The notes below the pieces were generated by a model. That model was not told where the DNA came from. It ran no database searches and saw only the letters and a program-made list of their open reading frames with translations. From NCBI GenBank assembly GCA_964482495.1, contig CAYZXS010000007.1:34573-98572 (forward strand): 64,000 nt of DNA. Reading direction: 5' to 3'. A program made the position numbers and the translations under genes. The DNA is from an uncultured Planctomycetales bacterium. Its GTDB lineage: Bacteria > Planctomycetota > UBA1135. Below, piece after piece: positions 35,286-44,850 of the stretch. Within the stretch, counting starts at the first letter, position 1. Every line of letters starts with the position of its first letter.

Positions 35286-37172
35286 TCAGCGGGCGGCGTC
35301 GAGGTCGGCGAGAGTCTTGTTGCGCAGCTTGGGGAAGTTGCGGCTGAGGCGGCCGGGGATTTGGGGGGACTCGAGAGGGATGGCCTCGATGGACTCGCGG
35401 TAGGGTGCGGCGAGGGCGTCGAGGCGGTCGACGGCGTTCCAGGCGGCGAGGGCGAGCCAGGGGCCCTGGGCATCGGGGTGGCAGAGGGCGATCAGGGACG
35501 GAATGGCGCGGGCGCGGTCATCGGGGGTGCCGCGGCGGGCGAGGGCTTCGAGCCCCAGGATGCGGACGCTCGGGTCGGCGTGGTCGGCGAGCTGACGGAG
35601 GTTGCGCAGGCTGGCCTCGTGTTCGTGCAGCAGCGCCTGGGCGGCCCACCAGGCCCGGGTGGGATTGGCTTCGGTCGTCGCGCTGGTGGCGAGGGCGTTG
35701 CGGTGCAGGTAGCTGGTGTCGCGGCCGAGGTCCTTCAGGATCTGCTCGAGCGGGTAGCGCTCGAGGGCGGCGCCGAGGGCGGCGGGCGGGGCGCTGAGCT
35801 CGGCGGCGGCGTGCATCTGGGCCTCGGGCATCAGGCCGAGGTCGCGGGTGTGGAGCAGCCAGGAGCGGAGTTCGGCGCGGAGACGGATCAGGTGGCCGCG
35901 GTGCTGCTCGGAGGCGGCCAGGTTTCGGATCTCGTCGGGGTCGGTCTCCAGGTCGTAGAGCTCCTCGCGCGGCTTCGGCTCCCAGAAGCGGGCGAGGTGC
36001 GGCGGCAGGCCGCCGGCCCGGTAGGCGGCGCGCCAGGCGCGGGTGGTCGGGGTCTGGTTCTCGTAGTCGAGGAACTGGCCCTGCGGCAGCTGCGGCAGGT
36101 AGTTGCGGATGTAGACGTAGCGGCCGTCGGTGACCGAGCGGACGATGTCGAAGCGCTCGTCCATGCGGCCGCGGAAGCCGAACAGGTGGTCGCGAAAGCG
36201 CGCCGATGGGCGGCCGAGGTGCTCGGCGTCGGAGACGTGCGGGCCGAGGAAGGGCGTGCCGTGCATCCACTCCGGCGGCGCGATGCCGGCCAGGCTGAGC
36301 ACGGTCGGCGCCAGGTCGAGGAAGTCCACGAGCTGGTGGCTGACCTGGCCGGGCTTCCAGCTCCGCGAGGCCATCCCGCGCCATTTCGGCGGGATGCGCA
36401 CGATCAGCGGCACCCGCAGCCCCGAGTCGTAGGGCCAGCGCTTGCAGCGGCTGAGGCCGGGGCCGTGGTCGGCGAAGAAGAAGACGATGGTGTCTCCGGC
36501 GAGGCCGTCCTGCTCCAGCTCGGCCAGCAGCCGGCCGACGCGGGCGTCGAGCTCGGAGATCTTGTCGTGGTATTGCGCCCAGTCCCGCCGCACCTCGGGC
36601 AGGTCGGGGTGGAAGCCGGGCACGCGGACCTGCTCCGGGTCGTGCTTCAGCTCGTGCGGCCGCTTGCGGATCTGGCTCTCGTGGGTGACCGTGAAGTTGA
36701 AGACGGCGAAGAAGGGCTGGCCGTCGGCGCGGCGGCGCCAGTGGGCCTTGCCGCTGGTCTCGTCCCAGACCTGGCCGGGCTTGACCAGGTTGTAGTCTTC
36801 CTTGCGGTTGTTGGTGCAGGAGTAACCCGCCTCACGCAGCAGCTGCGGGAAGAAGCGCAGCCACTCCGGCGGCTCGACCAGGGTGCGCATGTCGTGGGCG
36901 CCGAGGCTGGGCGGCCAGACGCCGGTGATCAGCGCCGTGCGGGCCGGCGCGCACACCGGCGCGCTCGACCAGGCGCGCTGGAAGCGCATGCCCTCGGCGG
37001 CCAGGGCGTCGAGGTTGGGGGTGACCGCGTCCGGGTCGCCGTAGCAGCCGAGGTGGGGTCCGTGGTCCTCGCTGGTGATCCAGAGGATGTTGGGGCGCTC
37101 CGCCTCCTGCGGGCTGAGAGCAGCAGCAGGGGCCGAGAGCGGCGCGAGGGCGAGCAGCAGGCTGGAGATCAT
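35286..37172 (-). CDS. Formylglycine-type sulfatase with C-terminal HEAT/ARM-like repeat region
   Basis: NILWITSEDHG and SSAPVCAPARTALITG (CxPxR FGly motif), plus FFADHG. The C-terminal ~180 aa are helical-repeat-like (ADHADPSVRILGLEALARRG...). Confidence 0.9.
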   Translation of the reverse strand: MISSLLLALAPLSAPAAALSPQEAERPNILWITSEDHGPHLGCYGDPDAVTPNLDALAAEGMRFQRAWSSAPVCAPARTALITGVWPPSLGAHDMRTLVEPPEWLRFFPQLLREAGYSCTNNRKEDYNLVKPGQVWDETSGKAHWRRRADGQPFFAVFNFTVTHESQIRKRPHELKHDPEQVRVPGFHPDLPEVRRDWAQYHDKISELDARVGRLLAELEQDGLAGDTIVFFFADHGPGLSRCKRWPYDSGLRVPLIVRIPPKWRGMASRSWKPGQVSHQLVDFLDLAPTVLSLAGIAPPEWMHGTPFLGPHVSDAEHLGRPSARFRDHLFGFRGRMDERFDIVRSVTDGRYVYIRNYLPQLPQGQFLDYENQTPTTRAWRAAYRAGGLPPHLARFWEPKPREELYDLETDPDEIRNLAASEQHRGHLIRLRAELRSWLLHTRDLGLMPEAQMHAAAELSAPPAALGAALERYPLEQILKDLGRDTSYLHRNALATSATTEANPTRAWWAAQALLHEHEASLRNLRQLADHADPSVRILGLEALARRGTPDDRARAIPSLIALCHPDAQGPWLALAAWNAVDRLDALAAPYRESIEAIPLESPQIPGRLSRNFPKLRNKTLADLDAAR

Positions 37173-38149
37173 CGGGGCGGCTCCGGGTCGCGGCAGGCTT
37201 CGATCAGCTCGGCGACCGTGGCGGTGGCCAGGCCGACCACGGTGTCGGCGGCGCCGTAGTAAACGCGCACCAGGCTGTCGGGTTCAGCGAAGCCGTCGGC
37301 GTCCACCCGGTCGATGATCAAGCCGCTGGGGAAGACCACGTTCGGCACCTGGCCGGTCAGCTCCCACGGCTCACGCGGCTCGAGGACGTTGTTCCAGGTC
37401 CGCGCCAGCACCCGCGACGGGTCCTCCAGGTCGAGCAGCACCGCGCCGCCCTGGTAGAGGTTGGCGCTTGCGAAGTGGGTCGCGACGCCGTGGTAGAGGT
37501 GCAGCCAGCCCTCGCGGGTCTTCACCGGCGGCGGGCCCGAGCCGATGCGCTCGTCCCAGTAGCGCCAGCGGCCGCTCATCACCGGCGCCACCGGCTTCCA
37601 CGACACCAGGTCCTCGGACTCCGCCAGCACGATGGCGTCGCCGGAGGTCGGGCCGCCGTCGAGCGCGAGCTGGTTCGGCCGCTCCAGCCGCAGCCAGCGG
37701 CCGCCGACCTGCTCGGGGAAGAGCACGCCGTTGCGGGAGTCGCCGGCCGGGTCGAAGCCGATCAACTCGAAGCGCTCGAAGTCGGTGGTCGCGGCGACGC
37801 CCAGCCGGCAGGCGTCGTCGGTATCGGCGGCGAAGACGACGTAGCAGGCGTCGCCGACGACCGTCAGCCGGGCGTCGTAAACGTGGTGCAGGGTCTCCCC
37901 CACCGCGTCCAGGCCTTCGATGGTGATCGCGCGCGGCTCGACCTCGAAGGCGACCCCGTCCAGGCTGTGCGCCGGCACCAGGAAGCTCTCGCGCGAGCGC
38001 CCCTGCACCCGCAGCAGCAGACGGTCGCGGCCGAGGAAGCGCGCCGCGCCGGGGTTGAAGACCGAGCTGGCGTCGAGCAGCCGCGGCGGGATGTCCGGCA
38101 GGTCGGCGCGGCTCAGGATCGGGTCAGGGTGTCGTCGCAGCGAGGCCAC
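37169..38149 (-). CDS. GH130-family glycoside phosphorylase/hydrolase
   Basis: VFNPGAARF, NGVLFPEQVGGRWLRLERP, REGWLHLYHGV, NVVFPSGLI and VYYGAADTVVGLA motifs. ATGA overlap with the sulfatase start. Confidence 0.85.
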   Translation of the reverse strand: MASLRRHPDPILSRADLPDIPPRLLDASSVFNPGAARFLGRDRLLLRVQGRSRESFLVPAHSLDGVAFEVEPRAITIEGLDAVGETLHHVYDARLTVVGDACYVVFAADTDDACRLGVAATTDFERFELIGFDPAGDSRNGVLFPEQVGGRWLRLERPNQLALDGGPTSGDAIVLAESEDLVSWKPVAPVMSGRWRYWDERIGSGPPPVKTREGWLHLYHGVATHFASANLYQGGAVLLDLEDPSRVLARTWNNVLEPREPWELTGQVPNVVFPSGLIIDRVDADGFAEPDSLVRVYYGAADTVVGLATATVAELIEACRDPEPPR

Positions 38150-38248
38150 GGGGGCAGGTTAGCGCCGATCCAGTGACAACTCCGGCTTCCTGCGATAGAA
38201 CCGGGTCTCGCCCGCACCGCCACGCCCACCCGCTCGCCCATCGATTCC

Positions 38249-39559
38249 ATGACCCGACTCCTCTTCAAGATCAGCGCCCTCGCGGCGCCCCTGGCGGCCG
38301 CCGCCTGCGGCGCGCCCGGGCACGTCACCAGCGCCACCGCGGACGGCGACTCCACCCGCGTCGTCGGCGCCTCGATGCGCGACGAAGCGATCCCGCCCGA
38401 CCGCGCGTCCTTCCTGCTCCCGCCGACCCAGCTCCGCGCCGGCGGCGCCCCGATCGACACCGGCGAGCTGATCGGCTATGCCGGTCCGACCGCCCACGAC
38501 TACGACGGCGACGGCCGGATCGACCTGATCGTCGGCGCCTTCGTCGGCAAGCTGCAGCTGTTCCGCAACACCGGCAGCGCCACCATCCCCGAATTCGGCG
38601 CCGGCAGCTTCCTGCAGGCCGACGGCGAGGACATCGAGATCTCCAATTGGTGATGCATCGGCGTCCGTCCGCAGTTCGCGGACATGAATGGCGACGGCCG
38701 GCTCGACATCGTCACCGGCAGCTACGACGGCCGGCCCTACCTGACCCTGGCCACCGCCAGCGGCTGGGCCGAGCCGGAGATGGCGCGCAAGGAAGACGGC
38801 GGCGAGCTGATCCTCGGCATGTACTGGGACTACGAAGGCGATCAGTGGCGGAACCGCACCGACGGCGCGCACAACGAAGCCCACGGCACCTGCGCCGCGC
38901 CGGTGGACTGGGACGGCGACGGCGACTACGACCTGCTCATCGGCGCCGGCGACGGCGCGGTCTACTGGTGGCAGAACGTCGGCGGCCCCGCCACGCCCGC
39001 CTTCGCCGCCGACGCCGCCGAGGTCACCGCCGGCGGGGAGGCGCTCCGCGCCGGGGCCGGCTACGCCACCCCCACCGCCGCCGACTGGGACCAGGACGGC
39101 CGCTGGGACCTGGTCTACGGCAACGATGACGGCGCCGTGGCTTGGGCCCGCAACACCGGGGAAGCGGGTTCGCCGCGCTTCGCCGCCCCGACGGTGCTGC
39201 TCGAAGCCACGCAGAGTTCGACCACGCGATCGGGCGCCAGCGCCCAGGTGGCCGTGGCCGACCTCAACGGCGACGGCCTGGTCGACCTGATCGTCGGCGA
39301 CAACCAGGACCTGCCCGTCGGCGACGGCATGACCGAGGAGCAGGCCGCGCGCTTCGAGGAGCTGTCGGGCCAGTTCGCCGAGTTCAAGCCGATCATGGAC
39401 GCCCTCTACGGCGACGACGATTCCGCCCGCGAGGCGGTGACCCCGGAGCAGGAGCAGGCGCTCGAGGCGCTGATCGAGGAGTACAGCTCCCTGATGCCGC
39501 AGTCCGATTCCCACGGCTGGGTCTGGTTCTACCCGCGCACGACCTCTCCCCCCGCCTGA
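38249..39559 (+). CDS. FG-GAP/VCBS-repeat lipoprotein with an in-frame UGA at 38651-38653 (candidate selenocysteine, otherwise a pseudogene)
   Basis: Track ORFs 38249..38653 and 38684..39559 share one frame. Read through, the sequence is ...GEDIEISNW-U-CIGVRPQFADMNGDGRLDIVTG.... The second ORF would otherwise start in the middle of a DxDGDGxxD propeller repeat. Lipobox LAAAAC at the N-terminus. Confidence 0.6.
38651..38683 (+). promoter_or_regulatory. Candidate SECIS-like hairpin after UGA 38651-38653
   Basis: GUCCGC-AGUUC-GCGGAC (38667-38683). The stem starts 13 nt after the UGA and the loop contains GU. By-eye folding. Confidence 0.3.
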
Positions 39560-39604
39560 TCGCCGCCGGCGCCGCCTCGCAACGCGGCGGTGACCGGGAA
39601 CCTC

Positions 39605-39634
39605 GGGCTCCCTCCTCTCGCCGGGAGGGAGCCC
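39605..39634 (+). terminator. Intergenic stem-loop (11-bp perfect stem)
   Basis: GGGCTCCCTCC (39605-39615) and GGAGGGAGCCC (24-34) pair around an 8-nt loop. It lies between the FG-GAP gene stop and the GH38 start. No U-tract, so terminator function is uncertain. Confidence 0.4.
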
Positions 39635-39651
39635 TGCTACATTGCCCCGCC

Positions 39652-42600
39652 ATGATCGGCATCGGCGACCGGGACTACGTGGCGATCCGCTTCGAGGCAT
39701 TCCTCGACGAGGTCCTGGCGCCGGCGGCGGTCGTCGCCCGCGCGCCCCTCGAGCTCGAGGTCTGGCAGCCGGGCGAGGCGGCGGCGCTCCCTTCCGCCCA
39801 GGCCGCGGCCGACGCCGGCGAATACGCCCCCTGCGCCCCCGGCCACCGCTGGGGTCCTGCCTGGAGTACGGCCTGGTTCCGGATCCGCGGTCGCGTACCG
39901 GAGGAAATGGGCGGCCACCCGGTGGCCCTGCGCTTCTCGAGCGGCACCGAGGCGCTGCTGTGGCGCGACGGCGCGCCGCGGCAAGGCTTGGACGACAACC
40001 GCGACCGGGCGCTGCTGTGGCGACGGGCCGCCGGCGGCGAAGAGCTCGAGCTGTTCGTGGAGGCCGCCTGCAACCTGCCGCTCGGGGTCAGCACCTTCTG
40101 GTGGGACCACCCGGAGCTGGCGGCGCGCTGGCGCGAGGACCAGCCGGGACGCGTCGAGTGCTGCGAACTGGTCGCGGTCGATCCGGAGCTGGAGCGGCTG
40201 TGCCGCAAGGTCGACCTGGCGCGCCGCACCCTGCTGGCGCTGCCCGAGGACCACCCGCGCGGCCTGGAGCTGCTGCACGGCCTGCGCCGGCTGCTCAACG
40301 AGGTGCCGGCGGCCGAACCGCGGCGCATCCTCGAGCTCGAGCCGGGCCTGGACGCCTTGCTGCGAGGCGCCCCGGAAGCGCCGCGCTCGGTCTGCCACGC
40401 CGTCGGCCACGCCCACGTCGACACCGCCTGGCTGTGGCCGCTGCGCGAGACCCGGCGCAAGCTGCTCCGCACCTGGGCCAGCGCCCTCGAGCTGATGGAG
40501 CGCTTCCCGCGCTTCCGTTTCCTCGCGAGCTCGGCGCAGCACTACGCCTGGGTCGAGCAGGACGCGCCGGAGCTGTTCGCGCGGGTGAAGCAGCGCGTCG
40601 CCGAGGGCCGCTGGGAGGTCATCGGCGGCTCGTGGGTGGAGAACGACTGCCACGCCCCCTCGGGCGAGTCGCTGGTGCGGCAATTGGTGCACGGCCAGCG
40701 GTGGTTCGCGGACAAGTTCGGCGACGCCGCGCCGCAGCGGTTGATGTACCTGCCGGACACCTTCGGCTTCCCGGCCTCGCTGCCGCAGATCGCCAAGGGG
40801 GCGAGGCTGGACACCTTCGTCACCAACAAGCTGTCCTGGTGCCACCGCAACCCCTACCCCTTCACCACCTTCCGCTGGCGCGGCGTCGACGGCAGCGAGC
40901 TGCTGAGCCACTTCACGCCCGGCGACGACTACAACGCGCCGCTCGAGCCGAAGGATCTGCTGCACGGCGAGGGCAAGCTGCTGCGGACCGACCGCGGCGC
41001 CTTCCGCGAGCCGCGCGGCGGGGAGCCGCCGCGCTGGCTGCAGCCCTTCGGCTACGGCGACGGCGGCGGCGGGCCGACCGAGGAGATGGCGGCGCGGGCC
41101 GAGCTGGCGGCGGCGGTGAACGGGCTGCCGCCCGTGGTGCAGGGCAGCGCCGCCGACTTCGCCGCGGCGCTGCACGCCGACCGCGACGGCCGCCTGGCGC
41201 GGGGCGAAGCCGACCTGCCCGCCTGGGACGGCGAGCTCTACCTGGAGTTCCACACCGGCACCCAGACCAGCCAGGCCTGGCTGAAGGCCGCCAACGCGCG
41301 GGCCGAAGCGCAGCTGCGGAGGATCGAGGGCATGCTCGCGGCCGGCGGGGACCAGGGGTTGGCGCGGGAGCTGGCCCCGCGGATGGACGCGGCCTGGAAG
41401 ACGGCGCTGCTGCACCAGTTCCACGACATCTTGCCCGGGACCTCGATCGCGGCGGTCTACGAGCAGGCGAGGGCAGACCACGGCGCGCTGGAGGCGGAGC
41501 TCGAGGCCCTCGAGGCGCGCGCCGCGGCGGCGCTGCGGGCGCGGCTGGACGACTCCGGCATGGCCGAGCCGGTGATGGTCTTCAACGACGGCTCGACGAC
41601 CCGCGGCCGGATCCTGCGCGGCGCCGGCGGCTTGCGCTGGACCCGGCCGATCCCGCCCATGAGCGCCGCGCTCTTCGACCTGGCGCTGCCGGGGCCGGTG
41701 CCGTCGCCGGTGCGCCCCCACGCCGGCAAGCGGCGGCTGGAGAACGACCTCGTGGTCATGGAGCTCGACGACGCCGGCCGGATCGCCCGCCTGCAGCGCC
41801 GCGGCTGCTCCGCCCCGGTCAACGCCCGCCGCGCCGACGGCGGCCTGGAGCCGCTGCACCAGCTGGTCGCCTACGAGGACCGGCCGCGGCGCTGGGAGGC
41901 CTGGGACCTGGACTTCGACTACCCGGACAAGGCGGCGCTGATCGAGTCGCCGGCGGACTCCATCGAGCTGGTCGAGGATGAGGCCCTGCGCTCCACCTTC
42001 GAGGTGCGGCGGCGCTGGCGGTCGAGCGAGATCGTGCTGCGCTACAGCCTCGAGGCCGGCTCGGACCGGGTCGAGATCGCCCACGAGATCGACTGGCGCG
42101 AGGAGCGGACCCTGCTGCGCGCCCTCTACCCCACCGCCATCCGCGCCCGCCACGCCCGCTTCGGCATCCCCTTCGGCTTCCTCGACCGCCCCACCCACCG
42201 CAACACCGACCGCGAGCAGGCGGCCATCGAGCACCCCGGCCAGCGCTGGATGGAGCTGCGGCAGCCCGGCCTGGCGCTGCGCGTCGAGGACGACGGCAGC
42301 AAGCACGGCCGCTCCGTCGACGGCGGCACCCTCGGCCTGTCCCTGCTGCGGGCTCCCAACTTCCCCGACCCCGACGCCGACCGCGGCCGCCACGAGTTCA
42401 CCCTCTGGTGTCAGGCTCCTTCGTCAAGTGCCGGCGACCCAGCGGAAGCCTCGCCGGCGGCCGCCGGCGCCGCGACGACCGGTCCGCGCCGAGCGCTGGG
42501 ACGGCTACAGGTCTCCGCCGGCGTCTCCATCGCCGCCTTCAAGCTGGCCGAGGACGGCGACGGCTGGATCCTGCGCCTGGTCGAGGAGCGCGGCGGCCTG

Positions 42601-42792
42601 ACGCCGCTAGAGCTGCGCCTGGACCCAGCGCCCGCCACGGTGGAAGTCGTCGACCTGCTCGAGCGCCCGGCGCAGCGCCGGGACCCGCGCGGGGCCTCAG
42701 CCGCGGCGGACTGCATGAAGGAGCCTGACGCCGTCTCCCTCCTCCTCCGCCCCTTCGAGATCCTGACGCTCCGGATCCGGGACGCGGAATGA
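39652..42792 (+). CDS. GH38-family alpha-mannosidase
   Basis: HAVGHAHVDTAWLWPLRETRRK is the GH38 metal-site signature. Also WVENDCHAPSGESLVRQ and FHDILPGTSI. Start taken at ATG 39652. Confidence 0.93.
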   Translation: MIGIGDRDYVAIRFEAFLDEVLAPAAVVARAPLELEVWQPGEAAALPSAQAAADAGEYAPCAPGHRWGPAWSTAWFRIRGRVPEEMGGHPVALRFSSGTEALLWRDGAPRQGLDDNRDRALLWRRAAGGEELELFVEAACNLPLGVSTFWWDHPELAARWREDQPGRVECCELVAVDPELERLCRKVDLARRTLLALPEDHPRGLELLHGLRRLLNEVPAAEPRRILELEPGLDALLRGAPEAPRSVCHAVGHAHVDTAWLWPLRETRRKLLRTWASALELMERFPRFRFLASSAQHYAWVEQDAPELFARVKQRVAEGRWEVIGGSWVENDCHAPSGESLVRQLVHGQRWFADKFGDAAPQRLMYLPDTFGFPASLPQIAKGARLDTFVTNKLSWCHRNPYPFTTFRWRGVDGSELLSHFTPGDDYNAPLEPKDLLHGEGKLLRTDRGAFREPRGGEPPRWLQPFGYGDGGGGPTEEMAARAELAAAVNGLPPVVQGSAADFAAALHADRDGRLARGEADLPAWDGELYLEFHTGTQTSQAWLKAANARAEAQLRRIEGMLAAGGDQGLARELAPRMDAAWKTALLHQFHDILPGTSIAAVYEQARADHGALEAELEALEARAAAALRARLDDSGMAEPVMVFNDGSTTRGRILRGAGGLRWTRPIPPMSAALFDLALPGPVPSPVRPHAGKRRLENDLVVMELDDAGRIARLQRRGCSAPVNARRADGGLEPLHQLVAYEDRPRRWEAWDLDFDYPDKAALIESPADSIELVEDEALRSTFEVRRRWRSSEIVLRYSLEAGSDRVEIAHEIDWREERTLLRALYPTAIRARHARFGIPFGFLDRPTHRNTDREQAAIEHPGQRWMELRQPGLALRVEDDGSKHGRSVDGGTLGLSLLRAPNFPDPDADRGRHEFTLWCQAPSSSAGDPAEASPAAAGAATTGPRRALGRLQVSAGVSIAAFKLAEDGDGWILRLVEERGGLTPLELRLDPAPATVEVVDLLERPAQRRDPRGASAAADCMKEPDAVSLLLRPFEILTLRIRDAE

Positions 42793-44825
42793 GCTTCGCC
42801 GCGATCGATTGGCTGATCATGGCGGCGGTCGTGACGGTGCTGACCGTGGCCGCGGTCCGCACCCGCCGCTACGCCAACACCGTGTCGGGCTTCCTGGCCG
42901 CCAACCGCTGCGCCGGCCGCTACCTGATCTCGGTGGCCTTCAACATGGCGCAGCTCGGCGTCATCACCCTGGTCTGGTACTTCCAGCAGAACTACGACGT
43001 CGGCTGGACCTCGATCTGGTGGGGCCTGCTCGAGGGCCCGGCGCTGATCATCATGGCCCTCAGCGGCTGGGTCATCTACCGCTTCCGCCAGACCCGCGCC
43101 CTGACCCTGGCGCAGTTCTTCGAGCAGCGCTACTCGAAGCGTTTCCGCGTCTTCGCCGGCCTGGTCGCCTTCCTCTCGGGCATCATCAACTACGGCATCT
43201 TCCCCGGCGTCGCGGCGCGCTACTTCATGGCCCTGTGCGGCCTGCCCGAGCAGCTCGACCTCGGCTTCGCCACCGTCTCGACCCTGGCGACGCTGATGAT
43301 CGGCCTGATGGCCATCGCCCTGTTCTTCGTCTTCCTCGGCGGCCAGATCGCGGTCATGGTCACCGACTTCCTGCAGGGCGTCTTCTCCAACGTCGTCTTC
43401 CTGGTCGTCATCTTCTTCCTGCTGCTGACGATCCCCTGGACCCACTTCGAGGACGTGCTGCTCGGCGAGGTCTGGATGGGTCGGTGGGTGGCCGACTCCG
43501 GCGTCGCCCCGCCCGAGGGCAAGTCGATGGTCCACCCCTTCGACCTCGGCGGCGAGTCCCAGTTCAACGTCTGGTACTGGATCATCAGCGTCGTCGTCAT
43601 GTTCTACGGCATGCGCGCCTGGCAGGGCGACCAGGGCTACAACGCCGCCGCCAAGTCGCCGCACGAGGCGCGCATGGCCAACATCCTCAACGGCTGGCGC
43701 TTCCGCGTCCTGATGCTGATCACGATCGTGCTGCCGATCGCGATCCGGGTGCTCATGCACCACCCCGAATACGCCGGCGCCGCCGAGGTGGTCCAGGCCG
43801 GGGTGGACCTCCAAGCGACCGACGCCCTCAAGTCGGAGGTGCGGATCCCGCTCGGTACCCTGGCGCTGCTGCCGGTCGGCCTAGTCGGCCTGATGGGCGC
43901 CGCCATGCTCGGCGCCTTCATCAGCACCAACGACACCTACCTCCACTCCTGGGCCGCGATCTTCATCCAGGACGTGGTGCTTCCCTTCCGCAAGAAGCCG
44001 CTCAGCCAACGCACCCACCTTTGGCTGCTGCGCGGCGCGATCTTCGGCGTCGCCGCTTTCGCCATCCTGTTCTCGCTGAACTACGAGCCCAACCAGTACA
44101 TCGCCATGTTCCTGGCGCTGACCGGGGCGATCTTTGTCGGCGGCGCCGGCTCGGCGATCATCGGCGGCCTGTACTGGAAGCGCGGCACCGCCGCCGGCGC
44201 CTGGTCGGCGATGATCGTCGGCATGAGTCTGTCCGGCTTCGGCATCATCATGAAGCAGGCCTTCATCGGCGAGGCCCTGCTCGACGGCCAGGCCAAGGGC
44301 GGCCTCGGCGTCGTCGGCGGCTGGCTGCTCTCCATGCACCAGAGCGAGGTGCTCACCGGCCAGGTGCTGACCTTCGTCGCCATCGCCGCCGCCTGCTCGA
44401 CCTACGTCGTCGTCTCGCTGCTCACCTGCCGCCAGCCCTTCAACCTCGACAAGCTGCTGCACCGCGGCGCCTACGCGGTCGAGGAGGACAAGGTCGAGGA
44501 GCACGAGAAGGCCTCCTGGCTGGCGAAGCTGGGCTTCAATCGCGAATTCAGCGGCATGGACCAGTGGGTCACCTGGATCACGATCTCGTGGCCGCTCGTG
44601 TGGACCCTGATCTTCATCGCCTTCACGGTCTACAACGTCGCCGTCGACGTGCCGCCCGAGAGCTGGCTGTCCTTCTGGCACGGCTGGACCTGGTTCGTGC
44701 TGCTCACCGGCACCGTGATCATGGTCTGGTTCACGGTCGGCGGCTTCCGCGACCTGCGCACCATGTTCCGGCTGCTGCGCGAACGCCAGGCGGACGAGCA
44801 CGACGACGGCCGGGTCGAGGACTGA
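42789..44825 (+). CDS. Sodium:solute symporter (SSS) family transporter
   Basis: 13-14 TM segments. The N-terminus IDWLIMAAVV...RRYANTVSGFLAANR is typical of SSS proteins. ATGA overlap with the GH38 gene. Confidence 0.88.
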   Translation: MSFAAIDWLIMAAVVTVLTVAAVRTRRYANTVSGFLAANRCAGRYLISVAFNMAQLGVITLVWYFQQNYDVGWTSIWWGLLEGPALIIMALSGWVIYRFRQTRALTLAQFFEQRYSKRFRVFAGLVAFLSGIINYGIFPGVAARYFMALCGLPEQLDLGFATVSTLATLMIGLMAIALFFVFLGGQIAVMVTDFLQGVFSNVVFLVVIFFLLLTIPWTHFEDVLLGEVWMGRWVADSGVAPPEGKSMVHPFDLGGESQFNVWYWIISVVVMFYGMRAWQGDQGYNAAAKSPHEARMANILNGWRFRVLMLITIVLPIAIRVLMHHPEYAGAAEVVQAGVDLQATDALKSEVRIPLGTLALLPVGLVGLMGAAMLGAFISTNDTYLHSWAAIFIQDVVLPFRKKPLSQRTHLWLLRGAIFGVAAFAILFSLNYEPNQYIAMFLALTGAIFVGGAGSAIIGGLYWKRGTAAGAWSAMIVGMSLSGFGIIMKQAFIGEALLDGQAKGGLGVVGGWLLSMHQSEVLTGQVLTFVAIAAACSTYVVVSLLTCRQPFNLDKLLHRGAYAVEEDKVEEHEKASWLAKLGFNREFSGMDQWVTWITISWPLVWTLIFIAFTVYNVAVDVPPESWLSFWHGWTWFVLLTGTVIMVWFTVGGFRDLRTMFRLLRERQADEHDDGRVED

Positions 44826-44850
44826 GCCCGGCCGCGGCGACCGCGGGCGC

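Noticed and set aside
35009-35473. ORFs 35129..35347 (+) and 35009..35473 (-) that encode near-identical peptides (VWHQTLRP...GPQGLVPNWHETSRGRKGETGR)
   Set aside because: The matching peptides are a direct consequence of the 163-bp palindrome. They lie in an intergenic gap between convergent genes and show no coding evidence.
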